A stretch of DNA of 63,747 nucleotides, filler included, from Octopus bimaculoides (Eukaryota): assembly GCF_001194135.2 (NCBI RefSeq). It is 6 parts of 6 records of this genome, joined end to end, with 100 filler letters (N's around TTAATTAATTAA, not from the genome) between each part and the next. Parts side by side here need not be neighbours in the genome. Positions count along the whole stretch, not along the records: positions 1 to 28,829 come from NC_068991.1; 5 more parts are not named here. One strand, given 5' to 3'. Under the pieces are notes generated by a model. That model searched no databases. It was not told where the DNA came from and worked only from the letters and a program-made list of their open reading frames with translations. The translations under genes were made by a program, and so were the position numbers. The stretch's first letter is position 1. Every line of letters starts with the position of its first letter. Shown here in pieces: positions 1-10,973 of the stretch.

Positions 1-82
1 TATATATGTATATATACCTATATATATATATAGGTTCAGTCCCACTGTGTGGCACCTTGGGCAAGTGTCTTCTACTATAGTC

Positions 83-300
83 TTTAACGTTTCGAGCCTA
101 TGCTCTTCCACTGAAAGGAACACAGAAAGAAACAAGGACAGAAACAAGGAGACTATAAAAAATGTGTGTAGTGGTTAGCGATCTATCATGGCGAATATAT
201 ATATATATATGATATAACAAACGAAGGGAAAAAACAATTCCTTCAAATGGATGTAAAATATCCAATTCACTGGTATGGCAGTTGAATACCACAGAAACAG
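83..300 (-). mobile_element. Penelope-like terminal repeat fragment (family with GAAGAGCATAGGCTCGAAA); second copy at 28955-29125 (+)
   Basis: A shared 19-nt motif and flanking pyrimidine-rich sequence are present in both copies. Confidence 0.55.
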
Positions 301-629
301 GGGTATAAATACAAATTACAAATAATGAATTAAATAGAGAAATACAATTGACAGTCTAAGAATTTGTTACATTATAATACATAATATACTATAAAATATG
401 ATATAAGGAAACATAACCAATTTTTAAAAAAACAAAACAAATGAAGCCAACAGTTTGTTTTGACTTATATACATTATTTGATTTATAAACAATTCATATC
501 TATGTATACAAGTCTCTTCAGGGCCTTGGTTCAAAATGACATGAAATTCCATGAAAAAGAACTGTCAGATTGCATAATACTGATTCAAAATACCTATGTA
601 ATAAATTGTTAGATTATCAATTGTACTTC

Positions 630-1140
630 ATCATCATCATTATCATCGTTTAACGTCCGCTTTCCATGCTAGCATGGGTTGGACGATTTGACTGAGGACT
701 GGTGAAACCGGATGGCAACACCAGGCTCCAATCTAATTTGGCAGAGTTTCTACAGCTGGATGCCCTTCCTAACGCCAACCACTCAGAGAGTGTAGTGGGT
801 GCTTTTACGTGTCACCCGCACGAAGGCCAGTCAGGCGGTACTGGCAACGGCCACGCTTGAAATGGTGTCTTTTATGTGCCACCCGCACAAAAGCCAGTCC
901 AGGGGCACTGGCAACGATCCCGTCCCGCTCAAAACATTTCATGTGTCACCCGCACAAGAGCCAGTCCAGGGGCACCGGCAACGATCTCGCTCGAAAGATT
1001 TCATGTGTCGCCCGCACATGAGCCAGTTCAGGGGCACTGGCAACGATCCCGCTCAAAATATTTCATGTGTCACCCGCACAAGAGCCAGTCCAGGGGCACT
1101 GGCAACGATCTCGCTCGAAAGATTTCATGTGTCGCCCGTC
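630..1140 (-). mobile_element. RTE 3'-tail element with an internal 62-bp tandem array
   Basis: (CAT)n start and GGATGCCCTTCCTAACGCCAACC motif. Repeat units start at 811, 878, 945, 1007, 1069 and 1131. Confidence 0.9.
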
Positions 1141-1302
1141 TAATATATTATTTGCAATATATATATGAATAGAAAACTTCTTACATGTTTTTTTCAACTT
1201 CAACAACTTTTTGATTCATGTTAGCAAGTAAAACATATGTAATGGTGAATAAATAATACGAAAACATTTTCCAATGTTCTCTTTTGCTATATAATAGCTC
1301 AC

Positions 1303-1357
1303 AGTTGATATTTCCAGAATTTCCAACTCTAATATGTACCTCTCTGACCCTACTATA
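1303..1357 (-). CDS. Candidate orphan exon (55 nt): YSRVREVHIRVGNSGNIN (alternative frame IVGSERYILELEILEIST)
   Basis: Long T-rich acceptor ttgtttgtttttggttttgttgactattcag and donor ACT|GTGAGC. IRVGNS resembles an F-type lectin strand, which is weak evidence. Confidence 0.3.
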
Positions 1358-1949
1358 CTGAATAGTCAACAAAACCAAAAACAAACAATGCGCATGTGCA
1401 AAATTAAAAATATAAAATGGTAACAATTTATCCATCGCATCTTATATATTAGATTTAGCTTGTATTCTAAGGAAAGACATGACCCAATAACTTTCTACAA
1501 AATGGGTTCCTGAATGGTTATTTGTAGTGCATTCATGCACTGTTATTCACTGACACTTTGCAGTGTATTGGTACAGTGTTCTGTTATGCACTGGCATGGC
1601 TGCGTGGTAGGATATTTGTTTCCCAATAACATGGTTCCAGGTTCAGTCCCACTGCGTGGCACCTTGGGCAAGTGTCTTCTACTATAGCCTTGGGCTGATC
1701 AGTGCCTTGTGAGTGGATTTGGTAGATGGAAACTGAAAGAAGATCATCATGTATGTATGTANNNNNNNNNNNNNNNNNNNNNNNNNNNNNNNNNNNNNNN
1801 NNNNNNNNNNNNNNNNNNNNNNNNNNNNNNNNNNNNNNNNNNNNNNNNNNNNNNNNNNNNNNNNNNNNNNNNNNNNNNNNNNNNNNNNNNNNNNNNNNNN
1901 NNNNNNNNNNNNNNNNNNNNNNNNNNNNNTATATATATATATATATCAT

Positions 1950-2530
1950 CATCATCGTCTAACATCTGCCTTCCATGTTAGCATGGGTTGGACGATTTGA
2001 CTGAGGACTGGCGAACCAGAAGGCTGCACCAAGCTCCAATCTGATCTGGCAGAGTTTCTATAGCTAGATGCCCTTTCTAACGCCAACAACTCCAAGAGTG
2101 TAGTGGGTGCTTTTACGAGTCACTGGCACGAGGGCCAGTCAGGTGGTACTGGTAACGGTCACGCTCAAAATGGTGTTTTTTACATGTCACCTGCACAGGA
2201 TGACTCCAGCAGCACTGGCAACAACCTCGCTCAAATGTTTTTTCACGTGCCACAAGTACCAGTAAGGCATCGCTGGTAATGATCACACTCAAATGGTGCT
2301 ATTTACATGCCACTGGCATGGAATCCAGACAGCTGCTCTGGCAATGATCACGCTCAGACGGTGCTGTTAGCGCTTCACTGGCACAGGTGCCAGTCATCAA
2401 ATTTGGTTCAATCACGATTTTGATTTCACTTGCCCCAACAGGTCTTCGCAAGCTCAGTTTAGTGTCCAATAAAGGAGAGGTTGGCATGGGTGCCAGTCAT
2501 CGAATTTGGATCGATTTCATTTGCCTCAAC
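1950..2530 (-). mobile_element. RTE 3'-tail element (older, diverged copy)
   Basis: Same (CAT)n/GATGCCC tail and degenerate internal repeats as 630-1140. Confidence 0.8.
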
Positions 2531-3171
2531 AGGTCGTGTATGTGCTTGTCTGCCTACCATCACTTGGCAACTGATGTTGGTGTTTTTACGTCCTCATAAC
2601 TTAGAGGTTTGGCAAAAGAGATGATAGAATGAGTATTAGGCTTACAAAGAATAAGTCTTGGAGTCGATTTGTTCAATTTAAGGTGGTATTCAAGCATACC
2701 CACAGTCAAATGCCTGAAAAAAGTAAAGAGAATAAAGAGAATAAGTCTCCACTTGAGTCACAACAACAACAACAACAACATCGTTTTGTATCCGATGTGA
2801 GGATGAGGAAAAGGAGACTTTTTTTGTTTGTCTTTTTTTGCTACTAAACCAGACTAGCCACTCTTAATGTATGCAACATGAATATACACCATTCTCCACA
2901 CACTTCTACACATGTGCGTGAACATAAATGAACAAACATATACACATATATCCACACACACATGTCTATAGACACACGCGTCTATACACACATGCCAATG
3001 CCAATACACACACATGTAGAGACTCCTTCATATTTGTATGTGAACAAATGAATGCACATTTTGTATATGTATATTCTTGTACAAACACGTATATATAGAA
3101 GCACATAAACATACAAACACATAAACACATAAACACATAAGCACTCACATACTTCACATACAAACATGTAT

Positions 3172-3222
<51 letters not shown>

Positions 3223-3362
3223 CATATATTAAACACACCCACAATCCAAATAATTCCAGTCACTTGATACATAAGCATGCATTCATTCCTACACATTCAC
3301 ATACATTTACGAATATATATACACATATTCCACATTCCAATGGCCAAACACATACACTTCAG

Positions 3363-3398
<36 letters not shown>

Positions 3399-3444
3399 TT
3401 GCCAACACACACACACCTCTACATATTGTGACTGCATTACTCAC

Positions 3445-3484
3445 TGCCTTCTATAATGAAATGTACTCCCCACAGTTTAATCTT
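3445..3484 (-). CDS. Candidate orphan exon (40 nt): KIKLWGVHFIIEG
   Basis: Acceptor ttttctgttttattaag and donor GCA|GTGAGT; one open frame. No homology confirmed. Confidence 0.25.
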
Positions 3485-4024
3485 CTTAATAAAACAGAAA
3501 ACAAGCGTATACATCATTGCAATAGTTAAATTCTTATTCAAAAAGTGTTACATATTATTGCCAACATAACTTTCTTCATTTTATTCTTTACAATCATTTG
3601 ATTTCCTTTTATGCTTGCAAGTTTTCAAATCAACTACTTTTCTGCTTCTCTCCTTCACGTTTTTTTTAATCTCGATATTCTATTGTAATTTGTTGCACTA
3701 GATTAGACAAATTATTTTCCCTTCAGGTAACTCACAACAGCTTTGGACACAGTTACTTGTTTTTGGCGTAAAAGGAGTGACTAATTAAATTAGTAATGAT
3801 CATTTAGAGTTTGTAATTAAATACTCTACACACACTAAAAAGAGACAATCCATTTAGCTTTGTAAGGTAAGGCAGTCTGCCCTAATTTTCCAGTCAATTA
3901 TGAAAATATTAATTTAATGTGTGAGATTGACTGCATAATTCTGCAAACAACTAATATTTTGATGCTAGATAAGCACACTTTCTCTGTAATCTTCAACCTC
4001 AATAAATATGCTATAAATATACTA

Positions 4025-4380
4025 TGCAGGTGTGGCTGTGTAGTAAGAAGTTTGGTTCCAGGTTCAGTCCCTCTGCATGGCAACTTCAGCAAGTGCCTTC
4101 TACCATAGCCTTGAGCTGGTCAAAGCCTTGTGAGTGGATTTGGTTGATGGAAACTGAAAAAAGCCCATCGTTTATATATATATATTTGTCCCTCTCCACC
4201 ACTTGACAGCCGATGTTGTTTTGTTTATGTCCACATAACTTTGTAGTTTGGCAAAAGAGACTAACAGAACGAGTACCAATAAATAAGTACTGAGGTTGAT
4301 TTATTTGACTAAAATTCTTGAAGATGGTGTCCCAGCATAGCAGCAGTCAAATACTTGAGACAAATAAAAGAATGAAAAAA
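4025..4380 (+). mobile_element. tRNA-derived SINE, family A, near full length
   Basis: Head GTGGCTGTGTAGTAAG...GGTTCAGTCCC with A/B-box-like motifs, a central microsatellite and the conserved tail CAGCAT(G)GC.GCAGTCAAAT..CTGA.ACA, recurring many times in the window. Confidence 0.85.
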
Positions 4381-4539
4381 TACTACTACCTATAGACCAT
4401 GATTGAAGTTCCAGATTGTATTTAATATAGTTAATATGTTATGAAAACAGAAAGTTTTCTGCCTTTTACTCAGTGTCATTACAGAGCGAAATGTATGCAT
4501 AAATGCTTGTCTCTAATGACTGATTGATCATGAACGCGT

Positions 4540-4589
<50 letters not shown>

Positions 4590-4809
4590 GCACACGCACA
4601 CACATATAAAATTCTGTAAAAAAATTCTTCTATTTGATGATAGTGCTAATAAGCTATATTATTACATCATGATGTAATGCATGTGGATAACAGACAGGTG
4701 AAGAAGAGTCAAGAGATCATAATGCAAGTGAATTATGGAAGAGAAATAGCAAAGAAGACATAGACTGAAGTTGGGAAAACTGATTTTGAGATGCTGAAAT
4801 TTCCCCCAA

Positions 4810-4855
4810 GACACCTGATGAAGGCTGGAGGGTATACCAGCCGAAACGTTGTGTT
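4810..4855 (+). ncRNA. Minimal type I hammerhead ribozyme motif within a Penelope-type repeat (about 4690-4940)
   Basis: GACAC-CTGATGA-A-GGCTGG(AGGGTATA)CCAGCC-GAAA-CG-TT-GTGTT: intact core, perfect 6-bp stem II, stem I ACAC/GTGT and loopless palindromic stem III (ACGT). Confidence 0.75.
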
Positions 4856-4943
4856 AACAACAAACAAGATGAGGACAAATATCCATTGAATGTAAATAAT
4901 GTAAATAATGTACATAATTCCTTATCTTTTAAATATAGAAATG

Positions 4944-4985
<42 letters not shown>

Positions 4986-4989
4986 CATA

Positions 4990-5310
4990 TATGTGACCGT
5001 TGCCAGTACCGCCTGACTGGCCTTGTAGGGTTTTCGAGCGAGATTGTTGCCAGTGCCCCTGGACTGGCTCTTGTGCGGGTAGCACATAAAAGACACCATT
5101 TCGAGCGTGGCCGTTTTCGTGCGGGTGACACGTAAAAGCACCCACTACACTCTCTGAGTGGTTGGCGTTAGGAAGGGCATCCAGCTGTAGAAACTCTGCC
5201 AAATTAGATTGGAGCCTGGTGTAGCCATCCGGTTGCACCAGTCCTCAGTCAAATCGTCCAACCCATGCTAGCATGGAAAGCGGACATTAAACGATGATGA
5301 TGATGATGAG
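4990..5310 (+). mobile_element. RTE 3'-tail element
   Basis: Reverse complement of the 630-950 sequence, ending in (GAT)n. Confidence 0.88.
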
Positions 5311-5754
5311 GATGATGATTGTGTATTTTTTGTTTTGCCTATGTTGGGCTTCCATGATTTTCCATTTCAGCTTTTAGTCAGTGAGATAACAAGACATGTA
5401 TGTGTTCCTGTCAGGCTTCCATAGTTCTGTTAAGCTAGTTATAAGTCAGTCAGTCAACAAATGTGTATGTGTGTCTTTTGTCACAAGTCAATGCGAAACA
5501 GAAAGTTGCATTGATTCCAGTTCAGAAGTCAGTAATTGCAAATTATAATGATATATGTATGTTGTCTCTGAATATGACAAGAAGAGAATAAGAGTTGTGT
5601 CCTTTTTCAGTGTTGATGAAATGAGAAAGTCTAGGATGAATAAGATGACATATCAATATGGCCTCAAATCAACATATACGTTCTTGTTACGTGACTAGCA
5701 GAGAGCTATTAAAATTAAAGAAAAGCTCAGTGTGGTTGAACATAGAAATGAATA

Positions 5755-5956
5755 TTGTCTTTTACCTCTTTCAGTCAATAGACTGTGGCCATGCTGGGGC
5801 ACTGCCTTTAAGAATTTTTATCTTTTAGCTTGGTACTTATTCTATTGAGCTCTTTTGCTGAACCGCTATGTTATGAGCACATAAACTCACCAGCATCAGT
5901 TGTTAAGTGGTGGTGGGTAGAACAGACAGACAGGCAGACAGACAGACAGACAGACA

Positions 5957-5996
<40 letters not shown>

Positions 5997-6170
5997 CACA
6001 CACTCATATAATCAAAGGGCTTCTTTCAGCTTCTGCCTACCAAATCCACTCACAAGGCTTTGGTGAGCCTGCGGCTATAGTAGCAGACACTTGCCTAATG
6101 TAACACATAGTGGGACTGAACCCAGAACCATGTGGTTGGGAAGCAAGCTTCTTATCACACAGCAACACCT
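5755..6170 (-). mobile_element. tRNA-derived SINE, family A
   Basis: Reverse-complement copy of the same head, microsatellite and tail architecture. Confidence 0.85.
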
Positions 6171-6379
6171 TTATGTTACATATAAGGATAAAAAGGGTAA
6201 AGATCCCCTTTGGGCCAAGTTGTTTGTGGAAGACCAGCAGTCACACATGCATACCAGCCTCCTCTCTCCATGCCACCGATGTTATCCAAGGGAAATGCAA
6301 AGGCTGATACAGCTGACTGAACTGGGGCAACGTGAAATAAGTGTCTTGCTCAAAAACACAACACACAGCCTTCACTGTG

Positions 6380-6600
6380 AAGGCTCATGGCTCAGTGGTT
6401 ACAGCGTCGGGCTCACAATCCTGAGGTAGTGAGTTTGATTCCCAGACTGGGCTGTGTGTTGTGTTCTTGGGTAAGACACTTTATTTCGCGTTGCTCCAGT
6501 TCACTCAGCTGTAGAAATGAGTTGCAATGTCACTGGTGCCAAGCTGTATCAGCCCCTTTGCCTTTCCCTTGGATAACCTTGATGGTGTGTGGTGGGGAAA
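6380..6600 (+). mobile_element. tRNA-derived SINE (family B/C head)
   Basis: GGCTCAGTGGTTA...GAGTTTGATTCCC head, followed by GTTGTGTTCTTGGGTAAGACACTTTA central domain. Confidence 0.85.
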
Positions 6601-6859
6601 CTAGTATACCCTTAATTCCCTTGTGTTCCAAGTCACATTAGAAAGTAGTTGATATAGATATAGACTCTTCTGGAAACCAAATAAGAGGCTAAGATATATT
6701 CACACAGCTTCCTGTCATTTAGCCATAGCTTTCAAAAAATATAGTTAAGTTTGTTAGCAAACTATAACCTATCTTCAAATAAGATCTTTGAAGCTGTGGC
6801 ATAACTAGGCACTAGTTGTTAATGAATTGAAAGACAGCATTTCTAATATGCCTGATTTT

Positions 6860-7640
6860 AACCCCACAAAGAGAAAGCTCCACTGTAAGGTCATTATGGT
6901 TCAACCCTTTCACTGTGGTGATCAGATTTATCTATTCAAAATTTCATTACTTTTAAATGTGGAAAGCAGTTTTATATACCAATCCATTTTTTGTTGAGGA
7001 ATGTCATATCTGAAACTTTTTCTTTTGAAATATGTCAAATTTAGATATGTCAAATGAGGCAACATGACTTGCAGAAAATGTTAATTAAATTTTTTGGTAG
7101 TTTATCAACATTATTACTGGAATAGCCACGAAATGAATTTTGCAATTAAAGGGTTAATTTTAAGATCTGTACTGGAAAGGTTCCCATTGGATTAGTGAAT
7201 AAGCATTTTCCACAGGCACGAAAGGAAAATTTTCAATGGTCATACTTTGAAGATATATTTTGAAAAATGTTTTGTAAATAGGCTCAAAATGAGTACAGTA
7301 CAAGCTGCTCATACAGAATTGCCACAAGCCTGTTAAATGGTCAATGTAACATGGAAACCATCGTTTATGAAGTAGAGGTAATCTCAAAAGATCTTAGTGG
7401 GGAAATGTAAGTATAGAAATACGCGGGTACAACGGAAGGTCCCTTCAAGATTAGGTTCAATAATCACAAGTCTTTTAAAATTCAGGAGAGATGTAATGTC
7501 ACAACAGTAGTGAGACCTATTTGGTTAATGAAAGGTGTTGTCAATGGCAATAGGAAGTGTAATCTTTGTCTAGCAGAGAAAAGAATTATATTGAATTATT
7601 TCCTTCACATAGAGCCTTACTTGAACCTGTAAGAATTGGC
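6860..7640 (+). mobile_element. Penelope-like element remnant (linker and GIY-YIG endonuclease), pseudogenised
   Basis: Translations LWFN...GKVPIGLVNKHFP and LNGQCNMETIVYEVEV...KYAGTTEGPFKIRFNNHKSFK...RKCNLCLAEKRIIL, with in-frame stops. These match the Penelope GIY-YIG layout. Confidence 0.85.
6905..7153. mobile_element. piggyBac-like MITE nested in the Penelope remnant
   Basis: CCCTTT...AAAGGG termini flanked by TCAA and TTAA. Removing it rejoins the Penelope frame. Confidence 0.55.
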
Positions 7641-7932
7641 TCTTCTTCACTTAGTACTCCTCTCACCACAATGAAGAGCTCATCTTCTCCACACATAGCA
7701 TTTATACACACACATACATGCTCTCCAAATATTCCTTCCCACCTCTCTCTCTTACCCTTTCTTCTTACTAATGTTTCACTTTTCTATTCCTCTTTCTCTC
7801 TATAAACACCTCACCCTATCAACATCACCCTTATCCTTGTTTCATCCCATCATAGAGTATATTTATTTATTAAAAAAATTAATTCCTACTAATCCTTTTG
7901 GAAACAAAACTAGCTTTATTAGCAATAACTTC

Positions 7933-7981
<49 letters not shown>

Positions 7982-7997
7982 CATATANNNNNNNNNN

Positions 7998-8036
<39 letters not shown>

Positions 8037-8414
8037 ATATATACGTGTATATATGCACACAAATGTCTGTGTGTGTATTTCTGTTTCTTACATTTTATGG
8101 AAATGGCTAAAGTATAAAGAACTTCTTGTTCTGAATATGGAAACACAGTATGACATGGATGTAATGTGAGATATGGTCAAGGAGTGTTGTTTTAGATTAT
8201 GTTACAAGAAGAACAGAGGCTGGATCTAACATTTCAACTGTAAAAATGTTTGTAGGAAGAGATGATGAATAGATAGTTACAGTGGATTCTTTCAGGAAAA
8301 AAGTATGAAAAATTCTTAAACCTGTTTTTTTCAAACATACAAAAACATTCTGTACAAGGAAAGAGGAAGGGAAATTTGGATATTGGTTAGTAAATATAAA
8401 ATACTCTTTCTCTC

Positions 8415-8807
8415 TTTACTCTTTTACTTGTTTCAGTCATTTGACTGCGGCCATGCTAGAGCACCGCTTTTAGTTGAGAAAATCGACCCCAGGACTTATT
8501 CTTTGTAAGCCTTGTACTTATTCTATCGGTCTCTTTTTGCCGAACCGCTAAGTTACGGGGACATAAACACACCAGCAGCGGTNNNNNNNNNNGGGGGGGG
8601 GGGGACAAACACACACACACACATATATATATATACATATATACGATGGGCTTCTTTCAGTTTCCGTCTACCAAATTCACTCACAAGGCTTTGGTTGGCC
8701 CGAGGCTATAATAGAAGACACTTGCCCACGGTGCTACGCAGTGGGACTGAACCCAGAACGATGTGGTTGGCAAGTAAGCTACTTACCACACAGCCACTCC
8801 TGCGCCT
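8415..8807 (-). mobile_element. tRNA-derived SINE, family A (young copy)
   Basis: Full head and tail with CpGs retained. Confidence 0.9.
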
Positions 8808-9057
8808 AAAATGATAGGAGTGAAACACATAAAGGAGATTGAATATCTTTAATCTTTTATTTGTTTCAGTCATTGGGTTGTGGCCATGCTGGTGCACCAT
8901 CATGAAGTGTTTAGTCAAACAATGAAGCTTAATAGCTATTTTTTAAAGGTCAGTATGGCCTCTTTTGTAGCACGAGATGTCACAGCTTTGCAAGGGTTGT
9001 CAAATAACATAGAGATATGATCTTCATCAGCTACTTTTTAACAGTGGTGCACAGTAG

Positions 9058-9290
9058 AGGCACATGGCTCAGTGGTTAGGGTGTTGGACTCATGATCATA
9101 ACATTGTGGTTTCGATTCCTGCACCAGGCGATGCATTACTTGAGCAAAACACTCCATTTCAAGTTTCTCCAATCCCTTCAGCTGGCAAAAATTAGTAATC
9201 CTGCGATGGACTAGCATCCCATCCAGGTGGAGAATTTATATGCCATGGAAACCAGGAAACCAGCCCTTATGGGTTGACATGACCTTTACC
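9058..9290 (+). mobile_element. tRNA-derived SINE with a V-domain-like segment
   Basis: tRNA-like head plus CCTGCGATGGACTAGCATCCCATCCAGG, resembling the V-SINE core as recalled. Confidence 0.7.
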
Positions 9291-10800
9291 TAACAGTGAT
9301 ATAAATGCAAGTGTGAGGGTGCATGGTTGAGTGGTTAGAGTGTTGCACTCATGATTGTGAGATCATGGTTTCAATTCCTGTTCTTGAGCAAAATACTTCA
9401 TCTCACATTGCTTTGCAAATACTTTGACACCTGGCATGTGGTACATTGTGCACCTGTCCAGGTGACATTGGTTTAATGGAGGGAGTGAGCTAATGCAGAT
9501 GGTGAGGTCTAAATTACAATAAAATTAGAAAACAGGAATGATTAATGTGATTTAACGTTATTATAATTATACAATTTTAAAACCAGTTAATAATAATGAT
9601 GATAATCATCATCATCGTCATAATCATCATCGTTATCATCATCATCATCATCACCACCACCACTGCCACCACTGCTGCCACTGATGTTGTCAATGCAAGT
9701 AAAAGAGTAAAAGAGTAAGGATGCAAAACAGAGTGTTATAGCGGTATTGAGGGAAGGAGGGGGAGGACAAATGGTAGACATGGGTGGAGGGAAGAGGATG
9801 TGTCAGAGAGAGAGAGAGACGTTATGGGGAGATAGTGTGCAGGGAGTAGAGATATAAATGACATGTCTTTCTGGTTTTGCTTTTACTTAGATGGATATGT
9901 CTTCTCAAGCTCAGTAAATCACCAGTCATCTCAGTCCTTTGTCATACTTCACAGTTTCATCCCTCAACTTTCAAGATCTTAATCAACTGAATTAATCAAC
10001 TAAATTAATCAATTTCATTCCTGATTACACAGATTTTCACATCTTTAATTCTGTTAAAAAGAAACAGCAAAAAAAAATAGGACAGACGAGGCTATGTCTG
10101 AGATGAACGTCAAGGCTGGTTCTTCCTTGTGTATTGATTGCTTTTAAACAATGGTTCTTGATGCTACATGAATTTTCTCGAGATTTTCCTATGAAACAAT
10201 TCATGGTGGCAGGATATCATGTATTGTTGATCAACTTGCTGGAAAATAATAAAACATTTACTGATCATAGGACTTTATACATTCAGTAGAGTAAAATTGA
10301 TTGGAAATATTGATCTGACTGACTCACCAAGTTTCATCTCTCAATCTCTTTCTTTCTCTCTCATGTGCTCTGTCTGCCTGTCTCTCTCTCTTTCTCAATA
10401 TGTATATATNNNNNNNNNNGACATTCTATTTATAAATGTTCTATATTATACACAGCCTTGGTTTTTTTACCTCATTACGAAAAGTAAATCCTTATATTCA
10501 CACGCTGACATATGACCTACGTTGGACCCCTTATTCGCATAGCCACCGAACCTGGAGCTTAACTGTGGTGTATCCATAGCACTTACTCAGCATTACCTGA
10601 AATCCTTGAGTCTAATTGACACCACTATCGCTCATAACCTATATATATATATATATATATATAGCAGTGTAATTTAACATCTATGTTCCATGCTGGGACA
10701 GGTTGGATGGTTTGACAGGATCCAATAGACCTAAGGACTGCATCATGCTGCAATGTCTGTTTGGCATGGTTTTTTTTTGTATGGCTAATGGATGCCCTTC

Positions 10801-10973
10801 TTAACACTTTTGATACCAACCCGGCTGAAACCACACCACCTCTGGCTCTGTAATACAAAAGTCTTGTTTTCAAAGGTTCTGAATCAAAATCTTTTACCAA
10901 ACATTTAGTCACAGTTTATGTTCCTAACACTAGTTTAATGATAACTAAGTTATTTTACTAAATTCTTTGTTAT
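10801..10973. mobile_element. Partial TTAA-flanked non-autonomous DNA transposon-like repeat
   Basis: Starts TTAACACTTTTGATACCAACCCGGCTGAAACC and resembles an abundant octopus repeat as recalled; only one end is visible. Confidence 0.4.

Noticed and set aside
799-1172. Repetitive ORFs and spaced repeats superficially like a CRISPR array
   Set aside because: A tandem 62-bp minisatellite in an RTE tail, with no unique spacers and a eukaryotic context.
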